DNA of 62,463 nucleotides, the filler included. It is 7 parts of 7 records of this genome, joined end to end, with 100 filler letters (N's around TTAATTAATTAA, not from the genome) between each part and the next. Parts side by side here need not be neighbours in the genome. Positions count along the whole stretch, not along the records: positions 57,010 to 62,463 come from SRR31156797_70241; 6 more parts are not named here. One strand, given 5' to 3'. The notes below the pieces were generated by a model. It did no database searches. It worked only from the letters and a program-made list of their open reading frames with translations, and had not been told where the DNA came from. The translations under genes were made by a program, and so were the position numbers. Shown piece by piece: positions 59,122 through 62,463 of the stretch (positions within the stretch are counted from its first letter, which is position 1; every line of letters starts with the position of its first letter).

Positions 59122-59898
59122 CTAGTCGAACCTGGAAACTGCATTGCGGAAGATAGACAGACCATCGCCTTCGTTGTCGGCTTCAGCCTGATTGCCGGTC
59201 CAGAGTGGATCCTGTGTTCTGTGAATAAACCGTTCAGGGTGTGGCATCAGCCCGAGGACCTGTCCGGTCGCGTCGCAGAACCCTGCGATGCCATCGACGC
59301 TACCGTTCGGGTTCAGGGGATAGTCGCACTTACTGCCCTTTGCGTCGACATAGGACAGGGCGATATGTCCGTTCTTTCGAAGTTCATCGAGTGTTGGCTG
59401 GTCGGACACTACGATTTTTCCTTCGGCATGGGCGACTGGCAGACGCAAAGAACCACCATCCGGGAGGAAGGCACATTTATCTGACTCGACTTTCAGATTC
59501 ACCCAGCGGGCTTCATACTTCGAGGAGTCATTGAACATCAGTGTAACGCGTGGCTCGTTGCCAGGCAGTCCCGGGAGGACACCTGATTTCATGAGGACCT
59601 GGAAACCGTTGCAGATGCCGAGAATCAGCTTGCCCTGCTCGATAAACTGCCCGATTTCCTCGGCCAGGTGCAGGCGGATCTGGTTGCCGAGAATCCTGCC
59701 GGCAGCAATGTCATCTCCATAACTGAAGCCTCCTGCGACCGTGAGAATCTGGACGTCGCGGAGCAGGGAGGGTTGGGCGATGAGGGCGTCGATGTGAATG
59801 AGTTCGGAGTCCGCTCCTGCGGTTCTCCAGGCATGGGCCGTTTCTTCATCGCAATTCACACCCGCTGTTCGAATGACATATGCTCTGGCTTTTGCCAC
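59122..59898 (-). CDS. purQ: FGAM synthase glutaminase subunit
   Basis: GVNCD, GGFSYGD, GICNGFQ, AHAEG, NPNGS, MPHPER. GTG start with AGGAG RBS. Confidence 0.95.
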   Translation of the reverse strand: MAKARAYVIRTAGVNCDEETAHAWRTAGADSELIHIDALIAQPSLLRDVQILTVAGGFSYGDDIAAGRILGNQIRLHLAEEIGQFIEQGKLILGICNGFQVLMKSGVLPGLPGNEPRVTLMFNDSSKYEARWVNLKVESDKCAFLPDGGSLRLPVAHAEGKIVVSDQPTLDELRKNGHIALSYVDAKGSKCDYPLNPNGSVDGIAGFCDATGQVLGLMPHPERFIHRTQDPLWTGNQAEADNEGDGLSIFRNAVSRFD

Positions 59899-60015
59899 TG
59901 TGGATTCTCCTTTCGCAGGGATTAATCACTGCTGATGTACCGGCACTGTACCGATGAGAATCCGCTCTGCAAGAGAAGCGAGAGGTTTTCCTGAGTTTTC
60001 AGAATGAAGTCCGGA

Positions 60016-61395
60016 TCAGCGTACCGTCACGGGCAAGGCGGTCGAAGCTGGCAGTGGGATCCGCGTGACCAGACGCCAGCTTCCGAGCAGGACCATGGCT
60101 GCCAGGAGAATCTCTGAAACATCCGGAACGTGTGCAGAATTGAACGACTGGGCAATCTCCGTGCACAGTGCTGAGCCAATCACAATCATGGTAATCCTGC
60201 CCCAGGGAACTCGTCCGTCTTTCTGAAGCAGCAGGATCGAGCAGGCTGTCAGAATCCCGAACCGGAGCATCGAGCCGATCAGCATGGAAACCGCGATCGG
60301 GAAAGGATTATAAAAGTGCTGGGCAAAAGGCAGCCAGGAGAACCGGGAGAATCCACCCGATGACGAGATGGTATCAACCGGGGTGATCGCTTTCATGACA
60401 GGCCAGGCGATCTGCACGGCAAGGATTCCGACCAGCAGCAGAACCGGAAGGCGCAGAAGGCTGTCCCGTTTGCTGGATGCTTCGAGAAACGCGAGAACCA
60501 GCACGGCTCCGGTACCCACGGCAAAACCGTGGATCAGAATGTCAGCAGTGTCAAAGACGCGTGATCGAATGAAGAGCTGGAGCACTTCGATCATGACGAT
60601 AATCACCATCCCTGCACCCAGAGAATCGAGCAGGGCACTGCAGCGGGATTTGCCATTATCAAGATAACCGAGCATCAGCACGCTCGACAGAAGGAACAGC
60701 AATCCCATGGACGAAACAGAACTCGACAGTGCGGAACGAAGACTAAACGGCACGATTGAACCGTCTGCTGTTTCGCGAATGGCGAATGGATGCCACTGCG
60801 AAGACAACAGGGATTCTTTGAATCCGTCTGAGTCTGTTACGACGTCGAACGGGGCGAGTCCGTGAATGAAGATGATCGTAATCAGGATCAGGGCCAGCGT
60901 GTTGGCTGGATTGCTGATCATTCCGTTTCTCAGGGATCGCCACATCCATGACAGGATCAGGTACGCCAGGGGGGCAACGATTGCACCCGTGAACGCTCCT
61001 GCACCGTTGACGATAACATCGATCCAGGACGCACAACGAGTCGGTGCAAACACCTGCATCGATTCGAGGACGAGGCTCATGCCAAGTCCGGCGAAACCAG
61101 CCAGCATCATGGCTGAACCGTATTTGCGGACCACCCGGCGGATCCAGCCATAAGCCGTGATGCCAACGGGGATGTAGATGAAGTAATTCGTGATGACGTC
61201 CATCGCCGGGGAGGGCGTCCAGTTGATCTGTGACAGGATGTTCATTCCTGCCTGGGACATACGACTGAAATCAAAACGGAAGGGGACCAGTGATCCGCAC
61301 ACGATCATTGCGACAATCATGGTGCCTGCAATGAGGGCTTCGATGCCGATGATCCCTCGCCTGGGATCGGGATTCACACTGGTTGTACGTTTCAT
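60016..61395 (-). CDS. multi-VanZ-domain membrane protein
   Basis: Three repeats of E-x-x-Q-x-F...D (ESMQVF...WID, EVLQLF...TAD, EIAQSF...VSE). GGAGG RBS precedes ATG 61395. Confidence 0.75.
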   Translation of the reverse strand: MKRTTSVNPDPRRGIIGIEALIAGTMIVAMIVCGSLVPFRFDFSRMSQAGMNILSQINWTPSPAMDVITNYFIYIPVGITAYGWIRRVVRKYGSAMMLAGFAGLGMSLVLESMQVFAPTRCASWIDVIVNGAGAFTGAIVAPLAYLILSWMWRSLRNGMISNPANTLALILITIIFIHGLAPFDVVTDSDGFKESLLSSQWHPFAIRETADGSIVPFSLRSALSSSVSSMGLLFLLSSVLMLGYLDNGKSRCSALLDSLGAGMVIIVMIEVLQLFIRSRVFDTADILIHGFAVGTGAVLVLAFLEASSKRDSLLRLPVLLLVGILAVQIAWPVMKAITPVDTISSSGGFSRFSWLPFAQHFYNPFPIAVSMLIGSMLRFGILTACSILLLQKDGRVPWGRITMIVIGSALCTEIAQSFNSAHVPDVSEILLAAMVLLGSWRLVTRIPLPASTALPVTVR

Positions 61396-61649
61396 GATGC
61401 TTCCTCCACAACTCCTGCACTGTTGGAATCTGCATCTGGCGCGCCATCCTGGTATGGTAGAGGAATGGGTGGGGGCTTCCTTCAAAAGGCCGATAATACA
61501 GAAGAACTATCGTTTTATTTGCATAGAAGAGGAAAAGAGTGTGAAATAAAAGACCGTGTCATGACGGTTGACACCCTGCGGTCTGTACCGTGATGTTGCT
61601 GTAAAACAACACCGGTATTCTCGTAAGCAACAGTCAGGAGAGTTTTTCA

Positions 61650-62463
61650 ATGTCTTCGCGAAAATCTGTACAGCACGTTCTGGGGGTAGAAAAAGCAGTA
61701 GTGGGAATGGTGCATGTCGCTGCTTTGCCGGGAACCCCCCGCAATACCTGTAGCGTGAAGAAGATTGCAGCATCGGCTGTTGACGAAGCCCGCGTTCTCG
61801 CGGATGGAGGTGTCGATGCCATCATGATCGAGAACATGCACGATGTTCCGTACCTCAACCGAGCAGTCGGGCCGGAAATCGTTGCCGGAATGACTGCGGT
61901 CGGATGTGTGATTCAACAGGCTGTTTCACTTCCGCTGGGAGTGCAGGTGCTGGCAGGGGCAAATGTGGAAGCTCTGGCAGTAGCTCAGTCCTGCGGTGCA
62001 GTATTTATCCGTGCGGAAGGATTTGTTTTTGCTCACGTCGCGGATGAGGGCTTGATGCCTGTTGCCGATGCGGGAGAACTGCTTCGCTATCGCAAGATGA
62101 TCGGAGCGGATGAGATTGCCATCTGGGCTGACATTAAGAAGAAGCATTCCAGCCACAGCATTACCGCTGATGTGGATCTTGCTGATACCGCTAAGGCCGC
62201 CGGGTTCTGTGGTGCAGATGCTGTGATCGTGACTGGATCGGAAACAGGTCAGCCGGCGGATGTGAAGGACCTTGAGATGGTCAATGCAGCCTGCTCGCTT
62301 CCTGTGATCGTCGGCAGTGGGGTGACGCCTTCCAATATCGGTGACGTCTGGGACTCCGCGGATGCTTTTGTGGTCGGATCCTGTCTGAAGAAGGGCGGGA
62401 ATTGGATGAATCCTCCGGATCAGCGGCGAGTGCAGGAACTGGTTGATGTCGTGCGGAATCAGC
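61650..62463 (+). CDS. BtpA/SgcQ family protein, running off the window end
   Basis: Not in the ORF track. AGGAG RBS, then GMVHVAALPGTP, IENMHDVPY, FIRAEGF, ADIKKKHS, VTGSETG, VGSG. Confidence 0.92.
   Translation, partial: MSSRKSVQHVLGVEKAVVGMVHVAALPGTPRNTCSVKKIAASAVDEARVLADGGVDAIMIENMHDVPYLNRAVGPEIVAGMTAVGCVIQQAVSLPLGVQVLAGANVEALAVAQSCGAVFIRAEGFVFAHVADEGLMPVADAGELLRYRKMIGADEIAIWADIKKKHSSHSITADVDLADTAKAAGFCGADAVIVTGSETGQPADVKDLEMVNAACSLPVIVGSGVTPSNIGDVWDSADAFVVGSCLKKGGNWMNPPDQRRVQELVDVVRNQ

Overview
This window is not one locus. It is seven unrelated contigs joined by artificial 100-nt spacers (N-run + TTAATTAATTAA + N-run). Taxon labels below are inferred from base composition and protein style. 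(1) 1-12376, GC-rich and alphaproteobacterium-like: TAXI-TRAP transporter under a sigma54 promoter with a divergent GAF-AAA+-HTH activator, PflX, a CHASE2 adenylate cyclase broken by one in-frame TAG, and a type I secretion ABC/HlyD pair. (2) 12477-24446, Planctomycetota-like: amidohydrolase, tricorn protease, M23-PKD peptidase, GH-like protein, GspF/PilC, a putative HEPN protein and small ORFs. (3) 24547-33864, alphaproteobacterium-like: TRAP dctPQM, a MITE-like element, FAD oxidoreductase, DapA-family lyase and a tungsten aldehyde oxidoreductase aorABC-type cluster. (4) 33965-42125, AT-rich and Arcobacter-like: murA, a Cys-free SdhB/HdrB-like protein, a degenerate HNH protein, secretin, yigZ, tlyA, ribF and a PAS-GGDEF protein. 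(5) 42226-51348, Bacteroidota: an apparent operon of a NrfH/NapC tetrahaem cytochrome fused to an FGE-fold domain, a Tat-lipoprotein Gfo/Idh/MocA dehydrogenase, GT2, GT-C/TPR and a small membrane protein, divergent from a transmembrane LamG-wHTH regulator, then partial tnaA. (6) 51449-56909, Bacteroidota: a V/A-type ATPase with gene order A-B-E-DUF2764-D. (7) 57010-62463: pepF with a signal peptide, purQ, a VanZ-repeat protein and BtpA. The best candidate for an undescribed system is the contig-5 cytochrome-FGE/dehydrogenase/glycosyltransferase operon. No rRNA, tRNA or CRISPR array was recognised. All calls come from reading motifs by eye; no database searches were run.
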